A stretch of 64,000 bases of DNA, from the NCBI GenBank assembly GCA_030390025.1, contig CM059431.1, forward strand, positions 114,144,001 through 114,208,000, read 5' to 3'. This DNA comes from Squalus acanthias (lineage: Eukaryota). The notes beneath the pieces were generated by a model. It did no database searches. It had not been told where the DNA came from and saw nothing but the letters and a program-made list of their open reading frames with translations. A program made the position numbers and the translations under genes. Positions within the stretch are counted from its first letter, which is position 1; each line of letters starts with the position of its first letter. This document shows positions 13,630 to 26,839 of the stretch, piece after piece.

Positions 13630-14327
13630 GTTTGCAGTATTTCAGGATGTTAAAATAGTGTCCTCGTTCCTTCATGTTGCTCTTGTTAAAATTCAAATAT
13701 TAAAAATATCCCTTGCTTTTTATTTACAGTAGCACAGAACATGATGCAGCGATGCCTATTGGCATATCACTGTACACTGTACTGCTGTGCACAGTAAATG
13801 CATTTCAGAGATATTTTGGTTCTGTATGTTTAAAATTTTGTGTGACCTTGATCACAGAAAACAATGCACTATAAAGTTGTCACATAGGTGTTTTCTCTTC
13901 TAGTATTTACAATGACCTGCAAAAGATGGGCCGTGTAGGGGAAGCTCATTAGTATTTATTTGTTATCCACAGTTGCTTGAGAAACAGACAAGAACTCACC
14001 TAGGGAGATGTTTTAGTTAAAATGCTATTGGGAGTCAAGTCTAACATGAGCAGGGGCTCCTGAGAGTGTTCTTTCTGAAAGTAAAACTGTAAGTTCTAAC
14101 TACTATATTTGTCTGAAAACGACCTCACACTATACACTTTTCTTTCATTACTGGGTTTTTTTTGTTCTATTTGGCTTCTTTCATTTTATGGTTTATCTCC
14201 ACGTGTTTGTGAACATGCCTTTTTCATTCATTATCTACAAAAAGAATAGAGCGATTTGAACCTCACTGTGTAAGGTATTGACTTTCTCTCTCTGCAGCTT
14301 ATCTAATATATTACGATTTGTTTTAAG

Positions 14328-15236
14328 ACGGATGACATCAAATTGGAGGGGCCAGTTAACACTGAGGAGAACTGCAACAAATTACAGGAAGACATTAATA
14401 AACTTGCAGAATGGGCATATAATTGGCAAATGAAATTAAACACAAATAAATGTGAGGTATTACATTTTGGCAGGAAGAATAGGGAGGTCACTTATTACCT
14501 GGAGGGTGCGAGTCTGGGTGGGGTAGAGGAGCAAAGGGATCTCAGAGTACAAATATACAAATCACTAAAAGTAGAAACAAGGCCATAAAAAAGCAAACCA
14601 GGCACTAGGGGTTTGTTTCTAGAGGGGTAAAATTGAAAAGTAGTGAAGCTATGCTAAACTTGTATCGAACCCTGGTTAGACCACACTTGGAGTACTGCGT
14701 ACAATTGTGGTCGCCATATTATAAAAAGGATATAGAGGCACTGGAGAGGGTGCAGAGAAGATTTACAAGGATGATACCAGAAATGCGAGGGTATACATAT
14801 CAGGAAAGGATGAACAGGCTGAGTCTCTTTTCGCTTGAAAAAAGAAGGCTGAGGGGTGACCTAATTGCTGTCTTTAACATTATGAAAGGTTTTGAAAGAG
14901 TAGATAAAGAGAGAGTGTTTCCACTTGTGGGGAAGAGCATAACTAGAGGCCATCAATATAAGATAGTCACCAAGAAATCAAATAGGGAATTCAGAAGAAA
15001 CTTCTTTACCCAGAGAGTGGTGAGAATGTGGAACTCGCTACCACAGGGAGTAGTTGAGGCAAATAGTATAGATGCATTTAAGGGGAGGCTAGATAAGTAT
15101 ATGAGGGAGAAGGGAATAGAGGGTTATGTTGACAGAGTTAGATGAGGAAAGATGGAAGGAGGCTCGAGTGGAGCATAAATGCCAGCATGGACTGGTTGGA
15201 CCGAATGGCCTGTTTCTGTGCTGTATATCCTATGTA
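14328..15236 (+). mobile_element. 5'-truncated CR1 LINE (ORF2 C-terminal part, frameshifted)
   Basis: ORFs 14343-14588 and 14633-15145 (LQEDINKLAEWAYNWQMKLN; LVRPHLEYCVQLWSP; FFTQRVVRMWNSLP); 3' UTR ending GGCCTGTTTCTGTGCTGTATATCCTATGT. Confidence 0.95.
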
Positions 15237-15914
15237 AAGACAAAGGCATTCAACAAACTCCAAATCTGAGTGTCTAAGTAGGCTCCCGTTACGCTTCGAG
15301 AACTGCAAAGCTTTGTAGTTTTCAAAAGACCTCTTTTTACCATGCACAACCTGCAAAAAATAATTCCACAAATTTCCCTGCTGCATACTGTGAAATAGAA
15401 TTAGAGATTTGAGAAAAACACTTTCTAATACTGAGTTTCCATCAATATTTTCATCAATCTGAAATTCAGTCCTTATAGTTTGATTTTAGCAGAAACTTTA
15501 CTGCAGTCACAGTTTGTCTTTAGCAGTGTGACAGCTGACATGGTGAACTTAGAGCAAACATACATAAATTTTAATGACGGTGAACTGTATGCTAATTCAG
15601 CTACATCTGTGGTGATAATTTTATTATTTATCATTTCATAACTTATCTTTCTGCCGAAAACAGCAATTCTGCAGGTCCCTGTTATTTTTAGAATGTGTCT
15701 CTGGAAGCATGCTGGATAACTTACTGCTGAGGAATGGAACGTCTGCTTTTGGTCTTTTGTCCTCAGTTCCATAGTTGTGTCGCAGACATACACAGGTACT
15801 CAGGAGCGTGCTACCGCCGTGACACAGCTTTGCATTTTTAACCTTTGTTTAAATGTTAAATAACTTGCCCAAGATTTCCTTGCTCATGCTTTTAAAATTT
15901 TATTGAGTTTTTAT

Positions 15915-17176
15915 TTTGTTTATGGGATGTGGGCGTCGCTGGCAGGGCCAGCATTTATTGCCCATCCCTAATTGCCCTTGAGAAGGTGGTGCTGAGCTGC
16001 CTTCTTGAACCACTGCAGTCCGTGTGGTGGAGGTACTCCCACAGTGCTGTTAGGTAGGGAGTTCCAAGATTTTGACCCAGCGATGATGAAGGATCGGTGA
16101 TATACTTCTAAGCCAGGATGGTGTATGACTTGGAGGGGAACTTGGAGGTGGTGGTGTTCCCATGCACCTGCTGCCCTTGTCCTTCTAGGTGGAAGAGATC
16201 GCGGGTTTGGTAGGTGGTGCCAAAGAAGCCTTGGCGAGTTGCTGCAGTGCATCTTGTAGATGGTACACACTGCAGCCACGGTACACTGGTGGTGGAGGGA
16301 GTGAATGTTTAAAGTGGTGGATGGGGTACCAATCAAGCGGGCTGCTTTGTCCTGGATGGTGTCGAGCTTCTTGAGTGTTGTTGGAGCTGCACTCATCCAG
16401 GCAAGTGGAGAGTATTCCATCACACTCCTTACTTGTGCCTTGCAGATGGTGGAAAGGCTTTGGGGAGTCAGGAGGTGAGATACTCGCTGCAGAATACCCA
16501 GACTCTGACCTGCCCTTGTTGCCACAGTATTTATGTGGCTGGTCCAGTTAAGTTTCTGGTTAATGGTGACCCCCAGGATGTTGATGGTGGGGGGTTCGGC
16601 GATGGTAATGCCGTTGAATGTCAAGGGGCGGTGGTTAGACTCTCGCTTGTTGGAGATAGTCATTGCCTGGCACTTTTGTGGTACGAATGTTACCTGCCAC
16701 TTATCAGCCCAAGCCTGAATGTCGTCCAGGTCTTGTTGCATGCGGGCATGGACTGCTTCATTATCTGAGGAGTTGTGAATGGCGCTGAACATCGTGCAGT
16801 CATCAGTGAACATCCCCATTTCTGACCTTATGTTGGAGGGAAGGTCATTGATGAAGCAGTTGAAGATGGCCTAGGACATTGACCTGAGGAACTCCTGCGA
16901 TGTCCTGGGGCTGTGATGATTGACCTTCAACCACCACAACCATCTTCCTTTGTGCTAGGTATGACTCCATCCAGTGGAGCGTTTTCCCCCCAATTCCCAT
17001 TGACTTTAGTTTTACGAGGGCTCCTTGATGCCACACTCGGTCAAATGGTGCCTTGATGTCAAGGGCAGTAACTCTCACCTCACCTCTGGAATTCAGCTCC
17101 TTTGTCCATGTTTGGACCAAGGCTGTAATGAGGTCGGGAGCCGAGTGGTCTTGGCGGAACCCAAACTGGGCATCAT
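15915..17176 (-). mobile_element. 5'-truncated CR1-clade LINE, second family (RT and C-terminus)
   Basis: ORFs 16845-17120 (ALDIKAPFDRVWH, GVPQ) and 15968-16819 (MFTDDCT, WADKWQVTF, VRSVMEY). Confidence 0.92.
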
Positions 17177-17415
17177 AGTGAGATTATAGTAATCTGAAAT
17201 CCATCTGAGGAGCTTAATGATACTGACTGAAGGGAATAGGCCTCAAAGGCAGCCTCGCTATTACAGTGTGAGAGAGAATTGACAGGTAATATCTAATGAC
17301 ATATTCCTTAATATTGAGGCCCTGAAGTTTCTCGTGCCCTTTTGGGGGTGGGGCAGAACTTTTGACTATCAATCTGCCCTGGCATTGATGCAGGATTGGA
17401 AAAGGATCACTTAAA

Positions 17416-18600
17416 GATAGGAACATAGAAACATAGGAACAGGAGTAGGCCATTCAGCCCCTCGAGCCTGTTCCGCCATTCAATTAGATCATGGCTGATC
17501 TGCGACCTAACTCCATATACCCATCTTTGGCCCATATCCCTTAATATCTTTGGTTAACAAAAAGATATCAATCTCACATTTAAAATTAACAATTGATCTA
17601 GCATCAATTGCCATTTGCGGAAGAGAATTCCAAACTTCTACCACCCTATGTGTGTAGGAGTATTTCCTAATTTCACTCCTGAAAGGTCTGGCTCTAATAG
17701 TTAGACTATGCCCCCAGTCCGAGAATCCCCAACCAGCGGAAATAATTTCTCTCTATCTACCCTATCTGTTCCCCTTAATATCTTGAAAACTTCAATCAGA
17801 TCACCCCTTAACCTTCTACATTCTAGGGGATACAACTCTAATTTGTGTAATCTCTCCTCGTAACTTAACCCTTGAAGTCCGGGTATCATTCTGATAAACC
17901 TACGCTGCACTCCCTCCAAGGCCAATATATCCTTCCTAAGGTGCGTTGACCAGAACTGCTCACAGTACTCCAGGTGTGGTCTAACCAGGGCTTTGTACAG
18001 CTGCAGCGTTACTTCTACCCCCTTGTATTCTGGTCCTCTAGATATAAAGGCCAGCATCCCATTAGCCTTTTTGATTATTTTCCGTACCTGTTCATGACAT
18101 TTTAATGATCTATGGGGCCGATTTTGTCAATGGGGGTGCGTTGGAGGCTGGACTGCTGCTTGTCAGGTTTTAGTCCCGCCTCCATCAACTTGTGGCCAAC
18201 CCACGCTATTTTCCCTTGATTGACCTTGTTAAGCCCGCCCATCACTCACCTCCACAGCGCACTTTTGCACCCCTCCGACCCCCTCTGACCCACTGCTCAC
18301 CTTGGTGACCCTGGCGCGGTTTCCCGACGTCGGGAAGCCCGCGCCTCTGGTGGAAAAATGGGAGTAATCCTCTTAACTGCCTGTTAACTACCTGTTAACA
18401 GGCAGTTAAGTGGCTGTAATCCCCTTCCCGCCTCCTGGGAAGATGGCACGGAGGCGGGTTGGGGGCGGGATGGGTAGCCCCCAGATTCTGCCATTTTCCC
18501 GGCAGTCCCGCCTCCAAACCCGCCTCCCCAGGGCTGGCAAGATCGCGCCCTATATATCTGAACCCCAAAGTTTCTTTGGACATCCACTGTTTTTAGCTTT
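17416..18600 (-). mobile_element. 5'-truncated CR1 LINE interrupted by the MITE at 18114-18550
   Basis: ORF 17701-18057 (LVRPHLEYCEQFWS); tail seen as GGAACATAGAAACATAGGAACAGG; CR1 sequence resumes at 18551-18600 (DVQRNFGVQIY). Confidence 0.93.
18114..18550. mobile_element. Harbinger-type MITE nested in CR1, TSD TAT
   Basis: TAT|GGGGCCGATTTTGTC ... GGCAAGATCGCGCCC|TAT; removal restores CR1 continuity. Confidence 0.8.
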
Positions 18601-19539
18601 TTAAAGCACCAGCACCATTAATGCCACACTCTATGCTCCAGTTATGAGGGGCCAAGAGTATCAGAGCAGCACCCTCCCCTTCTAGGTGTTGAGGTTGGGT
18701 TGGCCATTTCAGCTAAAGATGTTTTTCCTGTACTGTTGGCACAGAGATCACACACATCGTCTGTACCGCACTTGCAATCTCAATGCAGAAATTACAGTAT
18801 TCCCTCCTCTACACCTCTCACCTTTTCACCCTCCTACTCTCTCTTTTCCTGTCCACCGCCTTTGTGGTTTCCAGTCTCCTGCTGAAGCCCAGACTGTGGC
18901 TGTAAAGTGTGGACCAATTCAAGGAGGTGCATCTTGCAACTCTCAAGACGTATGGAAGCAGACTCTACCCACTACCAGATCTCACTATACTTTCCAGTCA
19001 GTACTGTCATGCTCCTGGTTCCCTCCCAAATGTTCCCAGCCTGCTCTTTGCTGAGTTTTATCAGGCCCCATCCCTGTACTATCTCCCTGTCACTGTTTTT
19101 GGGTTTTTGCGTTAGATATTCTCTCAGATTCAGTGTCATCGGTCACCCCTGTAAGTGGGCCTCACATCCAGAATGTATCCTTTACTGCCTAATTGCTAGT
19201 TAAATGATAGTGTGATGCAGGATTTTAACCGTGGACCCTTGCTCCCTATACCGGCTACTGAGATACGACATATGGCGCTACATGATTCCTCCATTCCTTA
19301 CAAAAGCTGGATTGATAAACATTCGATCAATGCAGGCACATCTTGAAGCCATGAACAGGTTTATTTTTACATAAAATACATGCAAGGACAGTGTACAGTT
19401 TCACAGTTAGTAAAAACAAGCCATTTTCCTATGCCTCTTGGTTATGGAAAACAGTAAAGAACTTACTCTTTGAAAAGTGGCTCACCTTCTCTAACTAAGC
19501 CTCTGATGCTAAGATGGTCTTGACTTTTAAAATGTAGGA

Positions 19540-19905
19540 TGGCTTCCCTGTCAGGTTGAAGCAGGTCGGCAGCTGGCGCGACAGACAAAGAGGCCCTTCA
19601 CGTTCTGGGTCCAAAAGGAGTAGGAGTGCTCCTCCTTGCTCCACAGGGAGAGTCGCGGCCTCGCCTGCCCTGGACTCCCCCCCGCCCCTTAACTCTCATG
19701 AGATCCACCTGCAACCCCTTCACCATCACTTACCTGCAAGCCGGCTGATCTTCCCCTGTCGGCAGCTGCTTCGGGCCCTCTTCGCACCCATTCTGGGCTG
19801 GAAGTGGACCAGCAGCATTTAAATGAGGCCCGGGAGTTAAAATACTCCAGGCCTGAAACTTAGGCCAATGAGTGCGCTTTTTGCATTTGCCCGGCCAGGA
19901 CCTGC
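19540..19905. mobile_element. GC-rich Harbinger-MITE-like remnant
   Basis: Shares CATTTAAATGAGGCC and GTAGGAGTGCTCCTCC-type internal motifs with neighbouring MITE-like sequence; termini not resolved. Confidence 0.4.
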
Positions 19906-20106
19906 TCAGGGTTACGCTCGATCCCAGTATCTTACATTCTTACATTCAACATATAGACCTGGGCATTGAACGTAAAGAAACCATTGACCAAGGCTACTCA
20001 AGTGGCAAATTGCCATCCGCATCCAGACTAATAAGCCCTTAGATAAAGACCACTGCAAGTATTTGACTATTCCGAGCTTGTATTGCGTCATGATCACTGC
20101 TTCGAA

Positions 20107-20953
20107 GGGGGGAATTTTAACCCCCACAAATGGGATGGTTGGGGTCGGGTGGGAGGTTAAAGAGTTAAAAACCACCCCGCCTCCAACTGGCCCACTTCCG
20201 GTTTTAACGGAGGCAGGACGGGGGGCGGGCAGCCAATCCACTCCCAGGAGGCGTGTTGACCATTTAAATATTATAATGAGGCTCCGTGCCTCATGGTGAT
20301 CCACCATTTCAAATGTAACTGTGGGCGAGCAGGTTTCCCTGGCCTCGGGGAACCCGCCAGTTAAAGGGAGGCGAGGACTGCTGGATCCAGGTGGTAAGTG
20401 CCTTTCCACTTACCTGCTGGATCCGGCATCCCTGCCTCACCCAACCCCTGCGATCAGAACCCCCCCCACCCCCCGATCCTGACCCGTCTGATTTCCCCCC
20501 GACCTCCACCACCCCCCCCACCCCGAGGCTTTCTGACCTCCCACCACGAAGCCTCCGATCTTCCCCCGACCTCCCCCCTCAGCCTCTGATCCCCCCTTCG
20601 TCCCCCGATCACCCCTACGGTTCCGACCTCCTGCCTCCGGCCAGATTGCCTTCCCGGCCTCCCCCCTCTGGCCCCGATCCTCCTCCTCCAGCCCCTGAGC
20701 TCCTCCCCCGAACCTCCTCCAGCCCCTGAGCTCCTCCCCCGAACCTCCTCCGACCCCCGACCACCCCCCCACCCCGATCTTCCTCCAGCCCCGATCCTCT
20801 GGTCCCGATCCTCCTCCGGCGCTTGACCACCCTCCCTCCCCCAATCCTCCTTCGGTCCTGATCCTCCTCTGTCCCCCGACCGGGTTTCCTGACTGCTTTC
20901 TAGCAACCCCCCTCCCCCCGTTCACTACCCGAGTCCAATTTAAAATTCCGGCC
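20107..20953. mobile_element. Harbinger-type MITE with C-rich low-complexity core
   Basis: Termini GGGGGGAATTTTAA / TTAAAATTCCGGCC are imperfect inverted repeats; core 20420-20925 is strongly C-rich, with CCTCCTCCAGCCCCTGAGCTCCTCCCCCGAA repeated in tandem. Confidence 0.7.
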
Positions 20954-20954
20954 T

Positions 20955-21065
20955 AATTATAACAGTGACTGCACTTCAAAATGTACTTCATTGGCTGTAA
21001 GGTGCTTTGGGACATCCGGAGGTCATGAAAGGTGCTATATAAATGCAAGTCTTTCTTTATTCTTT
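20955..21065 (+). mobile_element. DeuSINE/L2-type 3' tail
   Basis: ACAGTGACTGCACTTCAAAATGTACTTCATTGGCTGTAAGGTGCTTTGGGAC...GCTATATAAATGCAAGTCTTTC. Confidence 0.7.
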
Positions 21066-21086
21066 CTTTAAGCTACTCCTGCGCTG

Positions 21087-21736
21087 TTGCTCTCTCCAGA
21101 TCTACAGTTCTTGAGCAATCCAAGCACTACCAAACCATCTTCAGACACAATCCAAAACAGTTCATTTACCAACTTTGTTGGTGTAGACTTAATTTACGAT
21201 GGACCTTTTAAAGGTCTAAATTCAACCACTTGTAATAAATTGAAACAAAGCAAGGGAAACTTTTCTATAAGCAAGCAAGAAGATAAAGCTACGAAGGTGA
21301 GGAAGATGCTGACCCTGAGGGGAGGGAAAGGGGTTTTAATGAAGATATTGCCATACCTGCCGCAACAAGGGACCTAATAGTGAGATCTGAAATCAAAGTT
21401 CACATTGAACCTTTTCTTAAAACGGCATTACTTTTAAAACTTTCTTCCCTTGAGTAAGATATTAGAAACTGGTTATGCATACGGCTTGTGTCCTGTAGGC
21501 TAGAATCACTCATGCTCCTCTGTGTTAGATGTCAATCGGTTGTATCATATAAAAGTTGTTATTGTTGTAATAAAAATGCACTCATAAAATCATGTTCATG
21601 TAATGATGGTTCCATTGTGTCTCTCCATGTACAATGGTCAGGGATGAATCATTTAATATATAAGGTCAAACACTTGGGCTATGGACCCAAGCACTCCAAC
21701 ACCATTGATAAGCCAACCTCCAGTCAAACTAATTGA
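21087..21736 (+). pseudogene. Decayed coding sequence of unknown identity, copy A
   Basis: Aligns in inverted orientation to 26765-30345 with many synonymous differences (TTT/TTC, ACG/ACT, AAA/AAG, CTT/CTG, TCT/TCC in EIKVHIEPFLKTA.LLKLSSLE); one in-frame TAA and a frame change near 21290-21320. Confidence 0.6.
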
Positions 21737-23429
21737 ATATCCTTACCATAGACTGACCCACCGACAACTGTTCAATATTCCATTTCTTATACCCACGCTT
21801 CCAAACATTCTATTATTGTGCAGCGAGTACTGTCCCCATTCTCTCCTACACATCAGAAGTACTGTGTGCTCCACTGATTGTTTTATCTATTTTATTATAA
21901 AAAGGAAGTGCTGGTTAATCTGCCAGAAAACAATGAAATGGCAAGCAGGATTCTGCTCCCCATACAGTATCAACAGTATTCTAACTGGCTAAAAATGGGT
22001 TTTTTTTAAAAATTGAATTCATTCATAATTATTACAAAACGAAGATCCCATTATTTACTTTGTCCCATAGTCATTTTGTATTTCTTGAAAGGAGGTTTGT
22101 GAAATATGACATCTGACTCTTACTCATAAAGACATCTTCTCAGATTTTGCAGTGATGGGCATTTTTTCTCATAAGAATGCTTCATCTTCACACAAGTTTG
22201 TTCAATCCTTTGGATATTTCATCATCTGAATCCTATAAGATTAATGTATATTTGTGGTTAATACTGGATAGACTAATGCTTGTATGAGTTAGCTAGCATT
22301 ATCCAGTCTGAAACCATAGTGCTGGACCTGGATTTTTTTCCCCCCCTCTGGTCAGGCTGATCACTAGGTTCATAACCTTAGAAAAGAATTCACATTTTAC
22401 AACACAGTAATCAGGATTTGCACCAGAACAGAAGTGACTGCTGCGGATTGATTTAAAACAGTATTGGATCTCACATTAAGCTGCTGTTACTGGATATTTC
22501 AGTGCTATTGGTCTTCTATGATAGCACAGATAAGAAATGCTTACAGCAGAAGCTGTTCCTGAAGGACAGATACTGTTTCCTGGACCACAGGGAGCTGAAA
22601 ACCATACTGCTGGATCAGGAACTTTTCTCTACAGCAAGTAAATTCAGGTCTTATCAGATTACAGCTCAAACTGCACATATATTTCACAATTCTCATTAGA
22701 GCCTACAAGTCTTGGCTCTGCATGGGGTGCTTAATATGACTTTTAATTTTAACTCTCTGATACTTCAGAATGACCTTTTCGTATAGATTGAATGTTAGTC
22801 GCCAGTTATTAAAAAATATATAAAACCAGCAGATTTTCTTATTTAGTTTCATTCATTATTTCTATGACGGGAATTTTTAGATCGTTCATACGGCATTACA
22901 AAATTTGAATCCTTGGGGAGATACGATCCAAAGGGCTGCCCTTTGACGCAGGAGAGCTTGGAATCCAGCCCAAGGAGAGGAAATGGAGTTTTCTTCTCAC
23001 CGGTGGCTGTTAAAGGTCACAAGTGAAATCAAAGTACTGAAAGCAATGAAGGCCCCAATAATATTGGATCAATAAATATTTAATGATATGAACAGTTAAA
23101 GAAATTGTCCTCTGATGGGATGTGCTGGGTATATAGCTTGCAGTTATGTGGAAAATAAAATTATATGGGCTACACTTTTTAATTTTTTAAAATATTTCAA
23201 GGTGTTGTGGAACTACCCCTGTGGGAAAACAGGTAAAGGAATTGCATTTTAATGACCTCAAAGAGCTGATGTTGATAATATTAGCAACACATTATGTGTT
23301 TCTGGTGTTCTTAGAATTCAATTTATTTCTGTGCAATCTAGTTCCACAAGACTGAGAATTTTTTTTAAGCACGCTATTATCGTGATAGTAATTCTGCAAA
23401 TTTTGCATCTTTAAAAAGTGCAAGGACTC

Positions 23430-23770
23430 CCTTTTTGTTCCCCCACTTTCAGTCCTGCTTAAGAGACCAACTCTTACTGAAGTGTAGTTCTATAGGTGGC
23501 AGCAACCCACTGTCACCATACCCAAGTGACCATTCTTCATGTGTGAGCACCAGTGGGCTGTTCAGCTATGGAAAGCCTCATCCTTCCTTCACTCAATATA
23601 CACACTTTATAGACAATTATCAGGAATAAGAACTTTGACAGATACTTCTCCTTAGCCCAAGGCTGCTAATGTCAATTGTAGCAACCCAGCTATTCCTCCA
23701 GTTAAGGTCATTCAACTCAACATAGATTGGAAATTGAACCTGTAACCTTCTGGTCTATATAGCTCACGTT
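23430..23770 (-). mobile_element. tRNA-derived SINE (LF-SINE-like), decayed
   Basis: Minus-strand B-box-like AGGTTCAATTTCC (GGAAATTGAACCT on +) near the 5' end; body similar to 3790-3945 and 5890-5975. Confidence 0.5.
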
Positions 23771-24189
23771 ATGTAAGACCCTGGAAACGTCAATGTAGGT
23801 TGGTTGGCCAGGTGGGGAGGGTTGCCAAGCCCACGCCCCCAAAGAACAATCTGCTTGCCCCAAGCGGCTCATTTACAAAGGGGACCACTTTAAATCTATT
23901 GCCCCATAGGGTGCCTTACCTTCAGGCGTCCGGGTTCCAACTGGAATGGAAACTCCTAACTTGAACAAAACTGTTGAAATTTAAATCTCTGGCTTTTCCT
24001 CAAATAATTTTGAAAACATCTGCACAGTTGTTGGTAAAGAGTGAAGAAAAGGATTGTATCTGTTGGGCTGATTAAATTCTCCTGCTATATCCTGACAAAT
24101 TGTGGATACTATACATGCTCATATTGCAGAAGCTGCCTCCCATAGAACCATAGAAGTTAACAGCACAGACGGAGGCCATTTGGCCTTTC

Positions 24190-25235
24190 TAGTTTATGTT
24201 GGTTGTTTGCTAGAGCCATGGGAGAGGCGCATGCTGAAAGACAGCATGTCTGTGCCCCCGCCACCCACTTGTCCAGTGTCAGTCCATGCGCGGCAAAGCC
24301 AGCTGAGCCAGACTGCCCTGGCAGCAGCAAAGTGCCACAGTCTGCAGTGGAACCTGCTCAGGCCCAAGCTCCTGGAGATTGCTTGCCATGGCCATCTTAA
24401 TTGCCCTTATTGGAGGCCCAGCAGCCTTCTTATTCACAAACTGAAGCCACTCAGAAAGCACCTCATAGCAGCACTAGAGCAGGTAGAAGACAACTTAAGA
24501 CAGGCACTAGGGGTTTCCACCAGGGTGAATATTAGTTAATGGCAACTGTAATGATAACTGTAAAATACATTCTTTTTCTAAATCCTTTGTTCAGTGTTAG
24601 CTTGTGATGACCACGCAATCTGTTTTGTCTGAAAGCCCCATGCTTATGTTTGGGTTGAGTGCAGTCCTAAGGATGGTGGAAGGACTGGGACTGATGTTGG
24701 GAGGGACTGTTGGTGCAGAGGTATCAAATGTTTTCAGCTGAAATGTTCCTGGGTGAGCTGCTGTCGAAGAGCTCTTGAAGTTGGCTGGATAAGTGGGCCT
24801 TGCTTTTCCTCATCATCCTCAGTGTCTTCCTGTTCTTCTTGGTCCTCCACCTCCACCTCTTCCTCTGCAGCTGGCTTGATCGATTGGCCCCTCTGGATGG
24901 CAAAGTTGTGCGACATGAGGTAGACAACAACGATGCTAGAGCCTCTCTGGGGGTCTAGACTGCAGCATACCTCCACACCGTTGCTGGAGGAGGCTTTTTG
25001 TGTGTTCTATCAGGGCTTGAGTGGATGCATGGCATCTCTACATCTGTGCTCGGGTTCCTGAGAAGTGTCGTTAGCCAGGATAGCCTTTATCCCCAAGCAC
25101 CCAGCCTCTGACCTTATGCTCGGGTTCAAAGAGAAGGGGAATTTGAGGACTGGCACAGGGTGATGGCATCATGGCAGCTACCAGGACAACTGGCACAGAC
25201 CTGCATGATGCACTGCATGTTATCGCACACCATGC
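24190..25235 (-). mobile_element. PIF/Harbinger transposon remnant: transposase C-terminal half (minus strand), probably with the 3' end of the convergent second ORF
   Basis: GWVLGDKGYP (Harbinger LGD.GYP motif) in ORF 25071-25295; SIVVVYLMSHNFAIQRG plus acidic tail in ORF 24734-24976, matching the HARBI1-like C-terminus. Confidence 0.8.
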
Positions 25236-25240
25236 ACTGC

Positions 25241-25846
25241 ATGTCATTGACAGTGCTATCAAGCGGCACTTACTCACCAATAACCTGCTCACCACTGCTC
25301 AGTTTGGGTTCCACCAGGACCACTCAGCTGCAGACCTCATTACAGCCTTGGTCCCAACATGGACAAGGGAGCTAAATTCCAGACGTGATGTGAGAGTGAA
25401 TGTCCTTGACATCAAGGCAGCATTTGACCGAGTGTGGCATCAAGGAGCCAATGGGGATCGGGGGGAAATTCTCCACTGGCTGGAGTCATATCTGGCACAA
25501 AGGAAGATGATGATGCTTGTTGGAGGCCAGATGGGTGCAACTGCCACAACACAAGAATCTTGACACCATCCAGGACAAAGCAGTCTGCTTGTTCAGTACC
25601 TCATCCAATAGATTAAACACCCACCACAAGTGTACCATGGCTGCAGTGTGTACTATCCACATGATGCACTGCAGCAACTCGCCATGGGTTCTTCAGCAGC
25701 ACCACCCAAACCCGTGACCTCCACCAGCTAGAAGGACAAGGGCAGCAAGTGCATGGCAACACCATAACATCCATGTTTCCCTCCAAGTCACACACCATCC
25801 TGACTCAGACACATATCGTTGTTCATTAATCGTCACTGGGTCAAAA
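25241..25846 (+). mobile_element. Internally deleted CR1-clade LINE fragment, same family as 15915-17176
   Basis: AQFGFHQDHSAADLI, LDIKAAFDRVWH, LDTIQDKAVCL motifs. Confidence 0.88.
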
Positions 25847-25860
25847 CCAAAAAAGATATT

Positions 25861-26603
25861 GGCCCAGAAATTGATCTCGCTCTGTTCCCGCGGGGGTAAG
25901 CCTTCCCCGCGATGTCTCACCTCGCTTGTGCTTTTTCAGATCCAGCTCGCACGAATTTGATGTTCTGACAGCTGCTGTGCTGGGCTTGCGTATCCCACCG
26001 GCGTAGTTAATTTATGCGAGCTGTGGGATCACGTGACTCAGTTAGAGCCAATGGCAGCACACCATCTTCCATTCATAAGTTTCACAGACCTGCTGTGAAA
26101 TCTATGAATCTTACACCCCCCCAAAATAACAGCTAAACCTCAATTAAATTAAAAAAAAAACCCATCACATTAATAAAATAAGTATAGTTAATTAAATTAA
26201 CCATTTTAAATAAAAAATTAAATTTTTGAAAAAATTTAAAATCTTTTAAAAAGTTATAAAAATAAACTTACCTGTCTTTAAAGTCTCTAAAAAAGATATA
26301 CCTGTAAAAAAAAATTCAAAAAAATACTTAATTCACTACTTACCTTCTTAAAAGCGGGTCTTACTCCTCCTTTTTACATTTCCAAAATCTTCCCTACTTA
26401 CCGGCGCGTCCAAAGCATGAAGTGCACAGCGTGCGCGCAGCCTGTAGCGCGCACGCGATGCACCCAGGACCCGCCCCCTTTTCAGAAGAGCAATTGCCGG
26501 TTTTCAGCGCATGCGCAGGGCATGCAGAAAACCGGCAATTGGAGTGGGAATACGCGAGAGTACGCACTGCGTACTCTCGCGCACCGAGATCAATTTTCGG
26601 CCC
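25861..26603. mobile_element. Harbinger-type MITE with AT-rich core, TSD ATT
   Basis: ATT|GGCCCAGAAATTGATCTCG ... CGAGATCAATTTTCGGCCC|ATT (19-bp imperfect TIR). Confidence 0.85.
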
Positions 26604-26839
26604 ATTGAGCCCAATAGTTGCTGGGCTCCCTGAACTACACAGGCTAGCACAGCTCTCACTACTGCAAGAAAGAGTATTCTTCCTCTGTAGCAGTTAAAGT
26701 GACTATTTTAAAACGGGGAACTGTCACCATGCAAAATATCCTGTGAGACTGCCTACAACATGTATACTCAATTAGTTTGACTGGCGGTCAGTTTATTTAC
26801 GATATTGGTGAGCCTGGGTCCACAGCCCAAATATTTAAC

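Noticed and set aside
1..14300. Short ORFs of 60-100 aa in the AT-rich left part
   Set aside because: No recognisable domains or consistent exon structure; lengths compatible with chance
18680..19510. Possible LTR or endogenous retrovirus fragment (minus-strand AATAAA at ~19360)
   Set aside because: No paired LTR, clear PBS, TSD or retroviral ORF could be established
20309..20925. Pro-rich and Gly-rich ORFs
   Set aside because: Products of the C-rich low-complexity MITE core
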